A stretch of 32,000 nt of DNA, taken from contig NZ_CP019384.1 of the NCBI RefSeq assembly GCF_004102945.1, positions 1,050,001-1,082,000 on the forward strand, read 5' to 3'. Below, piece after piece: positions 1 to 9,321 of this stretch (the stretch's first letter is position 1; every line of letters begins with the position of its first letter). The position numbers and the translations under genes are program-made. A model generated the notes under the pieces. That model was given only the letters and a program-made list of their open reading frames with translations, had not been told where the DNA came from and ran no database searches. The DNA comes from Candidatus Velamenicoccus archaeovorus (GTDB lineage: Bacteria > Omnitrophota > Gorgyraeia > Velamenicoccales > Velamenicoccaceae).

Positions 1-76
1 GGGCCGAAAAAGGGATAAAATCCAACGTCGTGATATCCTGGTAGGCCGCATCTTCCAGGAGAGCGGCCTTGATCAT
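1..76 (-). CDS. NadC-like (nicotinate-nucleotide pyrophosphorylase) N-terminus, first 25 codons only; continues past the left edge
   Basis: A minus-strand ATG at 76-74 lies 16 nt after the valS stop. My translation is MIKAALLEDAAYQDITTLDFIPFSA, which shows the L-x-E-D-x4-D-I-T-T pattern I associate with NadC N-termini. The fragment is too short for certainty and is not in the ORF track because it is truncated. Confidence 0.35.
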   Translation of the reverse strand, partial: MIKAALLEDAAYQDITTLDFIPFSA

Positions 77-92
77 AAGCGCCACCGAAGGG

Positions 93-2882
93 TCATTGAA
101 GCGCACGTCGAATCTCCTCCAAGTCGGCCGTCTTTGCCTTGAGCTCCTCAAGTCTTTTACGCTCAGCGGCGACAACTTGCTCCGGCGCCTTCTTGACAAA
201 CCCCTTGTTCTTCAGAAGCGCCTCTTTGGCTTTGATCTGCTTGTGCCCCTGCGCGATCTCGCCGGCCAAACGTTCTCTCTCCTGCGCGATATCCACCAGG
301 CCTTCAAGCAGAAGATACAGATGGGCGTCGCGGGCCACAAGCAGGCTCAAAGAATTCTGCGGCGCCGTATCGTCATCCAACCACTCCAGTTCGCTCGCCT
401 GCGCCAGCTGACAAATGACAGGCGCAGCCGCCAGAAGCGCGGCTCTCTTTTTTGGGGCTGCCCACATGCGCACGCGCACCTTCACCGCAGGGTTCAGCTT
501 CAACTCATGGCGCCGTTCGCGCAAAAGAAGCACCGCGTCGAAAATAATGCGCATCAATTCGCGCGCCTCCTTATTCTCGAACTTCTTTTCAGGCTGCGGC
601 CACGGAGCAACGGCAATAGTCTCAAACGAAGAACCTCCAAGCACAGATGAAATCTCATCGGTAATGAACGGCATAAACGGATGCAACAGTAAAAGCGAGA
701 CCTTGAGGACATGAACCAGAATTTCCTGAGTATTTTTTTCGCAGATCGTCTGCTTGGCCATCTCTACATACCAATCGCAGAATGAATGCCAGAAAAAGGT
801 GTAGAGCAAATTGACGGCCTCGTGAAAACGAAAAGCATCGACGGCCTTTGTCACACGGCGGATGGTATCGTTGAGTTCGGCAAGGATCCAGAGGTCCTGG
901 ATGCGGCAGGCGGCCGGGTCAATCCGGCTGCCGTCGACGCCGACGGCCGCATTCATACGGATAAACCTGGAGGCATTCCATATCTTGTTGGCAAAGTTGC
1001 GGCCCTGCTCGAATTTCTCCTTGGAGAGGAAAATATCCGAGGCGCATGCGGAAATAAGGCTGAAACGCAGGGCGTCCGCTCCATACGTCTCGATCACTTC
1101 CAATGGATCGATGCTGTTGCCCAGGGATTTGGACATCTTGCGGCCCTGCGCGTCACGGACCGTCCCATGGATAAAAACATCCTTAAAAGGGATCGACCCC
1201 ATGAAGGCGAAACCCGCCATGATCATCCGCGCCACCCAAAAAAAGATGATCTCCGGCGCCGTCACAAGGACCGATGTCGGATAGAAATACTCCAGCTCTT
1301 TTTTCTGCTCTTCTGTTCTCCGCTTTGCGTCTTCAGACACCTGGTCTGAAAACGGCCACCCGAAGGTCGCAAACGGCCACAACCACGACGAAAACCAGGT
1401 ATCCAACACATCTTCGTCCTGTTTTAAGTCCGTTCCACCGCAATCCGGACACTTTTCAGGCCTGACCCGCGCAACAATAATACCTTTTTGTGTATTTTTT
1501 GAATTTTTTTTGAAATTGGAAATTGGAACTTGGGATTTGCTTCCTGTTTCTGCCATACACCGCTGACAATAATAAACGGGAAGCCGGTGCCCCCACCATA
1601 TCTGGCGCGAGATGCACCAATCCTTGATATTCTCCATCCAGTTGAGATATACCTTGGTCCAACGCTGGGGGGTGAATGCGATCTTGCCCTTCTTGACGGC
1701 GTCGATGGCCGGCTTGGCCAGCGGCTTGGTGCGCACAAACCACTGCTTGGACAAATAGGGTTCTACGATCGTATGGCAACGGTAGCAATGGCCGACAGCG
1801 TGGCGATGGGGTTCGATCTTGACAAGGAGCTTGCGCTCCGTCAAATCCTCGATAATGGCTTCCCTGGCCTCAAAACGGTCCATGCCCGCATAGTCCCCCG
1901 CATGGGCGTTAAGGACCGCATCGGGCTGCATGATATTGATGAATTCCAGCTCATGCGTTTTGCCCATCTGATAATCATTGGGGTCATGGGCCGGCGTTAC
2001 CTTGACTGCGCCTGTACCAAAAGATTTGTCCACCAGGTCGTCGGCAATGATCCCGATCTCCCTTCCGACGAGGGGCAAGACAAGCGTGGCGCCGATCAGG
2101 TGCTTATATCTCTTGTCCTTGGGGTTGACGGCGACCGCCGTATCTCCCAGCATGGTCTCAGGACGCGTGGTCGCTACGATAATCCCATCTTCGGGCGCCG
2201 CCGTCTTCTTGCTGTTTCTTTTTGACTTGCGTCCGGCGGCCTGCGGCTCCTTCAACGGATATTTGATGTAATACAGTTTCCCGTCCAGGTCGTGATGAGG
2301 AGCTTCCTCGTCGGACAAAGCTGTCTGGCAACGCGGACACCAGTTAATGATATAGTCGCCCTGATAGATCAGGTCCTTTTCGTAAAGGGAGACAAAAACC
2401 TCCGTGATGGCGCGCGAATACCCCTCATCCATCGTGAAGCGTTCACGCTGCCAGTCGCAGGTAGCCCCCAGCCTTTTGAGCTGATTGATGATCGTCGAAC
2501 CGTAATTTTCTTTCCACTCCCATACCTTCTCTAAAAACTTCTCGCGGCCCATCTGGCCGCGGGTCAACCCCTCTTTGGCGATCTGCCTCTCCACGACGTT
2601 CTGCGTCGCTATCCCCGCGTGGTCGGTGCCCGGCATCCAGAGTGCCTCACAGCCTTGCATGCGCCGCATGCGAATCAAGATGTCCTGAAGGGTATTGTTC
2701 AAGGCATGGCCCATATGAAGGATACCCGTCACATTCGGCGGCGGGATCACGATCGTGAAATGCTCCTTGTCCGGGTTGACCGAAGCGTGAAACAACGGCA
2801 TGCGGGCCCAGAGGCCGGCCCATTTCTCTTCGACCTCTTTAGGGTTATATTGGGCGCTTAACTCGCGGGGCAGATCATTCAT
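93..2882 (-). CDS. valS: valyl-tRNA synthetase
   Basis: The 935-aa ORF carries class I aaRS signatures (PPPNVTGILHMGH; KMSKSLGN) and a C-terminal coiled coil typical of ValRS. I prefer the start at MNDLPRELS (ATG 2882-2880), 2 nt after the cimA stop. The ORF is open up to 2900. Confidence 0.95.
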   Translation of the reverse strand: MNDLPRELSAQYNPKEVEEKWAGLWARMPLFHASVNPDKEHFTIVIPPPNVTGILHMGHALNNTLQDILIRMRRMQGCEALWMPGTDHAGIATQNVVERQIAKEGLTRGQMGREKFLEKVWEWKENYGSTIINQLKRLGATCDWQRERFTMDEGYSRAITEVFVSLYEKDLIYQGDYIINWCPRCQTALSDEEAPHHDLDGKLYYIKYPLKEPQAAGRKSKRNSKKTAAPEDGIIVATTRPETMLGDTAVAVNPKDKRYKHLIGATLVLPLVGREIGIIADDLVDKSFGTGAVKVTPAHDPNDYQMGKTHELEFINIMQPDAVLNAHAGDYAGMDRFEAREAIIEDLTERKLLVKIEPHRHAVGHCYRCHTIVEPYLSKQWFVRTKPLAKPAIDAVKKGKIAFTPQRWTKVYLNWMENIKDWCISRQIWWGHRLPVYYCQRCMAETGSKSQVPISNFKKNSKNTQKGIIVARVRPEKCPDCGGTDLKQDEDVLDTWFSSWLWPFATFGWPFSDQVSEDAKRRTEEQKKELEYFYPTSVLVTAPEIIFFWVARMIMAGFAFMGSIPFKDVFIHGTVRDAQGRKMSKSLGNSIDPLEVIETYGADALRFSLISACASDIFLSKEKFEQGRNFANKIWNASRFIRMNAAVGVDGSRIDPAACRIQDLWILAELNDTIRRVTKAVDAFRFHEAVNLLYTFFWHSFCDWYVEMAKQTICEKNTQEILVHVLKVSLLLLHPFMPFITDEISSVLGGSSFETIAVAPWPQPEKKFENKEARELMRIIFDAVLLLRERRHELKLNPAVKVRVRMWAAPKKRAALLAAAPVICQLAQASELEWLDDDTAPQNSLSLLVARDAHLYLLLEGLVDIAQERERLAGEIAQGHKQIKAKEALLKNKGFVKKAPEQVVAAERKRLEELKAKTADLEEIRRALQ

Positions 2883-4473
2883 GAGGCAACACGGCTCCAT
2901 CCTTTAACAACTTATACTCGATGCTGTCGACCAACGCCAGCCAGCTGGCTTCAATGATATTCTCCGAAACGCCCACCGTCGTCCAGGAGTCGCGTTCATC
3001 CTGCGACTGGATGAGGACGCGCACCTTCGCGGCTGTCCCGTCCTTGGCATCCAGCACCCTGACCTTGAAATCGGAAAGGTGCATCTTGGAAACAACCGGA
3101 TAAAAACCCTTCAACGCCTTGCGCAGGGCATTGTCCAGGGCGTTCACAGGACCGTCCCCATCGGACGACGTATGTTCCTGAACGCCCCCCACTTTCAGCT
3201 TGATCGTGGCCTCAGAGGTAATCGTCCCTTTTTGGCGTTTCTCGACGATCACGCGAAAACCCTCAAGCTCGAAAAACTTTTTATATTGTTTCAGGGCCCG
3301 CTTGACCAGGATCTCAAAGCTCGCGTCTGCCGCCTCGAACTGGTAGCCCTCATGTTCCAGGTCCTGGAGCAATTTGACGACTCTCTTGGTGTCGGGCGAA
3401 TCTTTTTTCAATTGCAGCTTGAGCTCTTCGGCCTTGGTCAGGATGGGCGTCTTACCGGCCAATTCCGAGACAAGGATCCTGCGGACGTTCCCCACGCGCT
3501 CAGGCTCGATATGCTCGTAGCTTTTTGGATTTTTGTAAACCGCGTTGATATGGACGCCGGCCTTATGGGCAAAAGCAGACTTGCCGACAAAAGGCTGGTT
3601 GTCGGCCTGCTTCATATTGCTGATCTCGCTGACGAAATGCGACACCTCCGTCAGCTCCTTGAGCTGCTCGTCTGTGACACAATCGAGGCCCATTTTCAAC
3701 TTCAGGATTCCGACGATAGGAATCAAATCCGCATTACCGCAGCGTTCACCATAACCGTTGATCGTCCCCTGCACCTGGACGCACCCGGCCTCGACGGCCG
3801 CAATGGAATTGGCCACCGCAAGACCAAGATCGTTGTGGACATGGATGCCCAAAGGAAGCTTCACATTCTTCTGGACATCGGCAATGACGGCAACGAGCTG
3901 CGACGTCAGCGTGCCGCCGTTGGTATCGCAGAGACAAAGCAACCGCGCGCCGCAGTCCTGGGCCGCCAGAAGCGTCGCCATCGCGTAGTCGCGGTTATGT
4001 TTATACGCATCGAAGAAATGCTCGGCGTCATAAATGAGCTCCAGCCCCTCTGCGACGAGATATTTGACGGAATCCCTGATGATCTCGAGGTTCTCCTCCA
4101 GGCTCACGCGCAGGACGTCGCGCACGTGCAAGTCCCAGGATTTTCCGAAGATAGTCGCAACCCGCACCCCTGAATGAAGGATGGCCGCAAAGACAGGGTC
4201 GTCCTTGGCTGCCACGCCCGCCTTGCGCGTAGCGCCGAAGGCGGTCAAGGCCGCGTTTTTGAGCGGGTGTTTCTTGAACTCCTCAAAAAACATCCTGTCC
4301 TTCGGGTTTGAGCCGGGAAATCCCCCTTCAATATAGGCGACGCCAAGCTCATCAAGCTTGCGCGCAATCTTGATCTTGTCCGCAACGGAATACGAGATCC
4401 CCTCTGTCTGGGAACCGTCGCGTAATGTCGTGTCGTAAAGCTCTATCTTTTTCATAACGGCCTCTCTGGTCAT
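2875..4473 (-). CDS. cimA: (R)-citramalate synthase (CimA-type member of the 2-isopropylmalate synthase family)
   Basis: The 532-aa ORF has the N-terminus MKKIELYDTTLRDGSQTEGISYSVADKIKIARKLDELGVAYIEGGFPGSNPKD and the length typical of the long CimA clade. It sits next to lysC as in Geobacter-type citramalate loci. The ATGA overlap with the lysC stop gives a start at 4473. An alternative start is the ATG at 4455, which has a GAGAGG RBS. Confidence 0.8.
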   Translation of the reverse strand: MTREAVMKKIELYDTTLRDGSQTEGISYSVADKIKIARKLDELGVAYIEGGFPGSNPKDRMFFEEFKKHPLKNAALTAFGATRKAGVAAKDDPVFAAILHSGVRVATIFGKSWDLHVRDVLRVSLEENLEIIRDSVKYLVAEGLELIYDAEHFFDAYKHNRDYAMATLLAAQDCGARLLCLCDTNGGTLTSQLVAVIADVQKNVKLPLGIHVHNDLGLAVANSIAAVEAGCVQVQGTINGYGERCGNADLIPIVGILKLKMGLDCVTDEQLKELTEVSHFVSEISNMKQADNQPFVGKSAFAHKAGVHINAVYKNPKSYEHIEPERVGNVRRILVSELAGKTPILTKAEELKLQLKKDSPDTKRVVKLLQDLEHEGYQFEAADASFEILVKRALKQYKKFFELEGFRVIVEKRQKGTITSEATIKLKVGGVQEHTSSDGDGPVNALDNALRKALKGFYPVVSKMHLSDFKVRVLDAKDGTAAKVRVLIQSQDERDSWTTVGVSENIIEASWLALVDSIEYKLLKDGAVLPHE

Positions 4474-5690
4474 GCCTGCTTGCCCAGACCGAATTTCGCA
4501 TGAATGGACCTGACGGCTTTTTCCGCATCCTTCTTTCTGATGATACAGGAAATACTGATCTCCGACGTTGTGATCATGCCGATATTGATCTTCTTCTGCG
4601 CCAACGCCTCAAACATGCCGGCGGCGACCCCCGAGTGCGTCTTCATGCCGACACCCACGATCGACACCCTGGCGATATCCTTATCTTCCAACACCTTGCC
4701 CGCATGAATCTTCGAAGCGAATTTCTCCATCACCTTTTTGGTCTTTGCCAGATCAGCGAGCGAGACGGTAAAAGAAACATCCGTAAAGCCCGTGCGGGAG
4801 ACGTTCTGGACGATCGTATCGACGTTGATCCCTTCGCGGGACAATTCGCGAAAGAGCTTGGCTGCAATCCCCGGCTTATCCGGGACATCGCACACGGTCA
4901 CCTTGGCTTCGTTCTTATTCAACGTGACGCCGCTGATAACAAAATCTTCCATTTTATCCGCCTCCTTTAAAATGAGCGTCCCCTCCGCCGCGTTGAAACT
5001 GGATCTCACATGAATGGGGATATCGAATTTTTTAGCCACCTCAATGGAACGCGCCTGCATGACCTGCGCCCCCAGCGATGCCATCTCCAGCATCTCGTCA
5101 TAGGTGATCTGTTTGAGCTTGCGCGCTTCAGGCACGATCCTGGGATCTGTCGTATAGACCCCTTCCACGTCCGTGTAGATCTCGCACGTCTTGGCACCTA
5201 TGGCCTTGGCCAGGGCTACGGCCGTCAAGTCTGACCCTCCGCGGCCCAGCGTCGTGATATCCTGGTCCTGAGTCACCCCCTGGAAGCCGGCCACGATGAC
5301 GATCTTGCCTTCCTGGAGGGCCCTGCGGATGCGTCCTGCACTGATATCGACGATCTTGGCCTTGGTGTGTGTCTTGTCCGTCACGATGCCGACTTGCCCG
5401 CCCGTAAAAGAAATCGCATCGTAACCCAGCTCTTCGATCGCCATGGCCAAAAGCGAACAACTGATCTGTTCGCCGGTCGACAAAAGCATATCCATCTCCC
5501 TGGCAGGCGGCTCGCTTGTGATCTGGCCGGCCAGCTCGATCAATTCGTCTGTCGTATCGCCGAGCGCGGAAACGACCACGACCAGCTTCCAGCCCTTTGC
5601 CCTGTAGGAAACGACGCGGCGCGCCACATTTTTGATGCGGTCGACATTAGCAACAGAGCTCCCTCCGAATTTTTGAACAAGAACTTTCAT
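4470..5690 (-). CDS. lysC: aspartate kinase (monofunctional, with ACT domains)
   Basis: The 406-aa ORF starts MKVLVQKFGGSSVANVDRIKNVA, has GRGGSDLTAVALA, and carries C-terminal tandem ACT-like regions. Its start overlaps the cstA stop in an ATGA junction. Confidence 0.92.
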   Translation of the reverse strand: MKVLVQKFGGSSVANVDRIKNVARRVVSYRAKGWKLVVVVSALGDTTDELIELAGQITSEPPAREMDMLLSTGEQISCSLLAMAIEELGYDAISFTGGQVGIVTDKTHTKAKIVDISAGRIRRALQEGKIVIVAGFQGVTQDQDITTLGRGGSDLTAVALAKAIGAKTCEIYTDVEGVYTTDPRIVPEARKLKQITYDEMLEMASLGAQVMQARSIEVAKKFDIPIHVRSSFNAAEGTLILKEADKMEDFVISGVTLNKNEAKVTVCDVPDKPGIAAKLFRELSREGINVDTIVQNVSRTGFTDVSFTVSLADLAKTKKVMEKFASKIHAGKVLEDKDIARVSIVGVGMKTHSGVAAGMFEALAQKKINIGMITTSEISISCIIRKKDAEKAVRSIHAKFGLGKQA

Positions 5691-7294
5691 CGCTTCTGAC
5701 CCCTTTTGTTCCTGAAGAACGCCCGATAGACTTCTCCAACCATAACCAACGCCAATATCAAAAGGACAACACTCAATCCTGCCAAAAGATACTGCCCGCT
5801 TCTAAGATACGACAAATATTGGATCCCCAGGGCCGCCACCGTCGTCAGAAACATAAAAATAGCCGGCACAAGCGTATAACCTGTCGGCTTCTTCTTCATC
5901 AAAAACCAAAGGCTGGCGACAAATAACGCCAGCGCCGCCACAAGCTGATTGGACGCTCCGAAAATAGGCCATATCCGGCTCCAGGCCCCGGAAAACGCCA
6001 AAATGCCGGCAACGGCGACAACGATCAACGTCGAAACAAACCTGTTCGACAATCCCGTCAATTCCTGGGTAATATACCGGCAAACGCGTGTCGCCGTGTC
6101 CAGCGTCGTCAATATGAACGCATTCAAGATCATCACGGCGATATAGAGGCCGTAGTCCCCGAAGAAAACGCGCGTCAAACCGGTATACCCGGTCCCAAAC
6201 AGACAGATGGGTCCCTGGTCTTTGAACAATAAACAAAGATCTTGCTGGGTCTTTCCAGGGATGCCGCTGACAACGGCCAAAACAGCGATCAAGGCCACCA
6301 GCCCCTCGGCCACCATGGCGCCATAGCCGATTTTCCTGCCATGGCGTTCGCTGGCCAGCTGTTTTGATGTCGTGCCGCTGGCGATAATCGCATGGAAGCC
6401 GGAAATTGCGCCGCAGGCGATCGTCACGCACATCATCGGCCACAACGCCCCCTGGGACGTCTGCCAGGAAATAAAAGCCGGCTGCGTGATGACCGGCCGC
6501 GAGACCACCAGTCCCAGAAGCCCCATCCCCGCGCCGAAAAGCAAAAGAAAACTGCACAAATAATCGCGCGGCTGCAGAAGGATATTGACCGGCGTGACGG
6601 ACGCCGCAAAACAATAAACCAACAAAACTATCAGCCAAACAACATAGGCTTGGCCGCCGACATCAATGGGAACATATTTCCCGAGAAATAATAAGCCAGC
6701 CAAAAACAACAGGCCCAACACCGTCGAAAACGTCAAATTCGCCTTGCGGACATACATGAGATAACCCGTCAAAATAGCGACCGGGATAAGACCAAGGGAC
6801 GACAAGACGATCTTCTTCTCTGCAATGAATGTCTTGGCGCACAGATCCGCAAACACGGCGATCACAAGGATCAGAGTCAACCATACAAAGACAGAGAATA
6901 TCAGGCGCGCTTTGCGCGAGACGACCGTTGCCGAAACTTCAGCCACGGAAGCCCCTTCTTCGCGCACGGAGATCATGAGCGCCGCAAAATCATGCACTCC
7001 GCCCACAAGGACCGTTCCCAGGACGATCCAAACGACCGACGGAAACCAGCCCCACCAGATACACCCGATCACAGGGCCGATGATCGGACCGGCGCCGGCA
7101 ATGGAAGAAAAATGGTGGCCGAACAGAACAAGCCAGTTTTTGGCAGGAACATAATCCACGCCGTCGAACTTTTTGACGGCGGGCGTCTCCCTTCGGGGGT
7201 CGATAGGAAAAAGCCCTGCAATGCGGCCGCCGTATACAAAATACCCCAGCGCAAAAACCGCCAGACATCCGAGCAAAACAACCAAAGAACTCAT
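5687..7294 (-). CDS. cstA: carbon starvation protein CstA family transporter
   Basis: The 535-aa polytopic membrane protein has the conserved CstA block HHFSSIAGAGPIIGPVIGCIWWGWFPSVVWIVLGTVLVGGVHDF. Confidence 0.85.
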   Translation of the reverse strand: MSSLVVLLGCLAVFALGYFVYGGRIAGLFPIDPRRETPAVKKFDGVDYVPAKNWLVLFGHHFSSIAGAGPIIGPVIGCIWWGWFPSVVWIVLGTVLVGGVHDFAALMISVREEGASVAEVSATVVSRKARLIFSVFVWLTLILVIAVFADLCAKTFIAEKKIVLSSLGLIPVAILTGYLMYVRKANLTFSTVLGLLFLAGLLFLGKYVPIDVGGQAYVVWLIVLLVYCFAASVTPVNILLQPRDYLCSFLLLFGAGMGLLGLVVSRPVITQPAFISWQTSQGALWPMMCVTIACGAISGFHAIIASGTTSKQLASERHGRKIGYGAMVAEGLVALIAVLAVVSGIPGKTQQDLCLLFKDQGPICLFGTGYTGLTRVFFGDYGLYIAVMILNAFILTTLDTATRVCRYITQELTGLSNRFVSTLIVVAVAGILAFSGAWSRIWPIFGASNQLVAALALFVASLWFLMKKKPTGYTLVPAIFMFLTTVAALGIQYLSYLRSGQYLLAGLSVVLLILALVMVGEVYRAFFRNKRGQKR

Positions 7295-8484
7295 TTTAAG
7301 AATACTTCCATCAGTTGATGGCCCTCGAAATGAACCTCGCTCTTGCGGGCCTCTTCCTCCGTGAACCTCTCAAAACCGTTTTTGGCGATCCCCTGACCCA
7401 TCATCGTCATGCACACCCGATCTGCGACGTGCTTGCGCAGCTCGACGGGTGTCGCATGATCCGGCAAAACCATCAGACGCCAACCATTCCCGGAGGATTT
7501 GAAATGATCCAGAATCGTCCCCACGACCAATTTATCGAACCGCTCGATACAGGCGATCTTGTTACGCAGATCGCCGTTGTGGCCCGCCTCGTCGGTGGCC
7601 TCCACGTGGATAAAAACAAAATCCAGGCGCTCCAGGGCTTTTAGACCTGCTTCAGCTTTCCCCGTATAATTCGTATCGTAGTAGCCCGTCGCCCCCTCCA
7701 CGTTGATCACCTCAAGGCCGATCAGCTTACCGATCCCCTTGATAAGATCAACGGCTGAGATCACCGCGCCGGTCACGCCGTACTTCTGGCGGAACAGAGG
7801 CATCTGGCTCTTTTGCCCCTGCCCCCATAACCAGATCATGTTGGCCGGGTTCTCGTGCAAGTCAAGCCTCACCCTGTTGATCTCATGACGCGAAAGGACG
7901 TCTTTGGACTTCTCCATCAGCTCGAGAAGGACTTGCGCGCCCTTGCCTTTCGGTATGTGCCTGCGGATGGGCTCGCCCAGGATATCATGAGGAGGTGCGC
8001 ATAGGCACCGGCTCAATTCTTCCACGGGATATCCCCGAAGCACGGCCAAATGTCTGTAGCTGACGCCCGGATAAAACCTGACGGCATCGGAACCCAACCC
8101 CCTGTTCAACTCCTGGATAAGGACGGAGGCCTCGTGAGTAGAGATATGCCCCGCACTGTAATCGGCCATCTTTTCGTCGGCAATCGTCACGAGATTGCAG
8201 CGGAAGGCGACATCCTGCGCCGTTAAATCGACGCCGAGATGGGCGGCTTCCAGCGGAGCGCGCCCGGAATAGAACTCCCTAGGATCATAGCCGATGATGG
8301 AAAGATTGGCGACATCCGAGGCAGGGGCCATGCGGTCAGGAATGGTCGTCACCTGGGCAAGGAGCCCGTTCTTGACGACATAATCCATGTTCGGCGTCTC
8401 CGCCACTTCCAGCGGAGTCTTGCCGCCTAATTTTTCGACGGGATAATCAGCCATCCCGTCCGGGACAAGCACGATATATTTCAT
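7291..8484 (-). CDS. apgM: archaeal-type cofactor-independent phosphoglycerate mutase family protein (ApgM-like); candidate non-canonical homoserine kinase
   Basis: MKYIVLVPDGMADYPVEKLGGKTPLEVAETPNMD and HVEATDEAGHNGD are typical of the ApgM / metalloenzyme superfamily. I prefer the start at the ATG 8484-8482 (AGGA RBS). The ORF is open up to 8523. Confidence 0.8.
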   Translation of the reverse strand: MKYIVLVPDGMADYPVEKLGGKTPLEVAETPNMDYVVKNGLLAQVTTIPDRMAPASDVANLSIIGYDPREFYSGRAPLEAAHLGVDLTAQDVAFRCNLVTIADEKMADYSAGHISTHEASVLIQELNRGLGSDAVRFYPGVSYRHLAVLRGYPVEELSRCLCAPPHDILGEPIRRHIPKGKGAQVLLELMEKSKDVLSRHEINRVRLDLHENPANMIWLWGQGQKSQMPLFRQKYGVTGAVISAVDLIKGIGKLIGLEVINVEGATGYYDTNYTGKAEAGLKALERLDFVFIHVEATDEAGHNGDLRNKIACIERFDKLVVGTILDHFKSSGNGWRLMVLPDHATPVELRKHVADRVCMTMMGQGIAKNGFERFTEEEARKSEVHFEGHQLMEVFLK

Positions 8485-8535
8485 CAGCGATCCTGCAAAG
8501 ACAGATCCTGTGCCGGACGTCAAGGTTCCGGTGCA

Positions 8536-8674
8536 GTCAACCCATATTCCCTGGCCTTGCCCTTGGCCTGCCCTTCGGGCAAGGCCAGGGGCAAGGCCGG
8601 GGCTTGTTTCTGGTTACTCTAAGCGGCACAACACTCTTGCGCCCTAAAGGGCGGAGCTTTAGGCCGCGCAGAGT
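8536..8674. repeat. structured intergenic repeat, copy 1 (139 bp) of a two-copy family
   Basis: It shares gtcaacccatattcc...ggccttgccct... and a 58-nt 3' module (ctctaagcggc...gccctaaagggcggag.tttaggccgcgcagagt) with 22894-23004 in the same orientation. Relative to copy 2 it carries a 28-bp net excess that includes a GC-rich palindrome. Confidence 0.75.
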
Positions 8675-9321
8675 CATGCCATCTTCTCTTTTAAAATCTT
8701 GAACAACGACGCCGCCAGCGCCTGCTTGGACGCGGACTTAGCCAGGATGTTCTTTGAGCCGAGGATAAACCCCCTGTAATGGCCGCCCTCAAACCTGTTG
8801 GCGATGACAAGATCTGCCGACGCCTTTTTCATCGCCTCCAGAGACCTCTTGAGCAAGACAGCGTCCGTCACCTTTCCTTCCAGCTTGAACATGACAAGAA
8901 AAGCCTTCGGGTTCAGGCGCCTCATCACATCGATCAGCTTCGGGGCAGAGGTCAGGCGTAAAATCAATTGGGGGTTCGCCGACGATATCTTCCCCGGCAC
9001 CGGTTTAAGCAGATAATCACTCACCGCCGCCGCATGCAGGATGATGTCATATTGTCTGCGCGCCAGCGTCGCCGAAACATGCCTCAAAAGCTCATCGAAA
9101 TATTTGAAACGTTCCACGCGCACGCCCTTCAGCGGATCGCGGTAAGTGACAGGCCCCAGGATCACATCAACATCCATGCCGCAGGCCTGCGCCTCTTTAG
9201 CCAAAAGCGTCCCCATTTCTCCCGACGAGGTATTGCTGATCACGCGCACATCATCGATAGGCACCCACGTCGGCCCGGCCGTGATAAGGATCTTTTTTCC
9301 GGCCAAAGCATGCCCCTTCAT
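8674..9321 (-). CDS. coaB: phosphopantothenate-cysteine ligase, stand-alone CoaB domain
   Basis: The 215-aa ORF has [31 protein letters not shown], which matches the CoaB half of Dfp/CoaBC. No flavoprotein (CoaC) half is attached. Its start overlaps the thrC stop in an ATGA junction. Confidence 0.8.
   Translation of the reverse strand: MKGHALAGKKILITAGPTWVPIDDVRVISNTSSGEMGTLLAKEAQACGMDVDVILGPVTYRDPLKGVRVERFKYFDELLRHVSATLARRQYDIILHAAAVSDYLLKPVPGKISSANPQLILRLTSAPKLIDVMRRLNPKAFLVMFKLEGKVTDAVLLKRSLEAMKKASADLVIANRFEGGHYRGFILGSKNILAKSASKQALAASLFKILKEKMA

Noticed and set aside
5802-6638. Same-strand alternative-frame ORFs inside cstA (5802-6638), lysC (5128-5460) and the kinase (18513-18914, 21250-21567, 21900-22271).
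   Set aside because: They are out-of-frame overlaps of strongly supported genes with no independent evidence.
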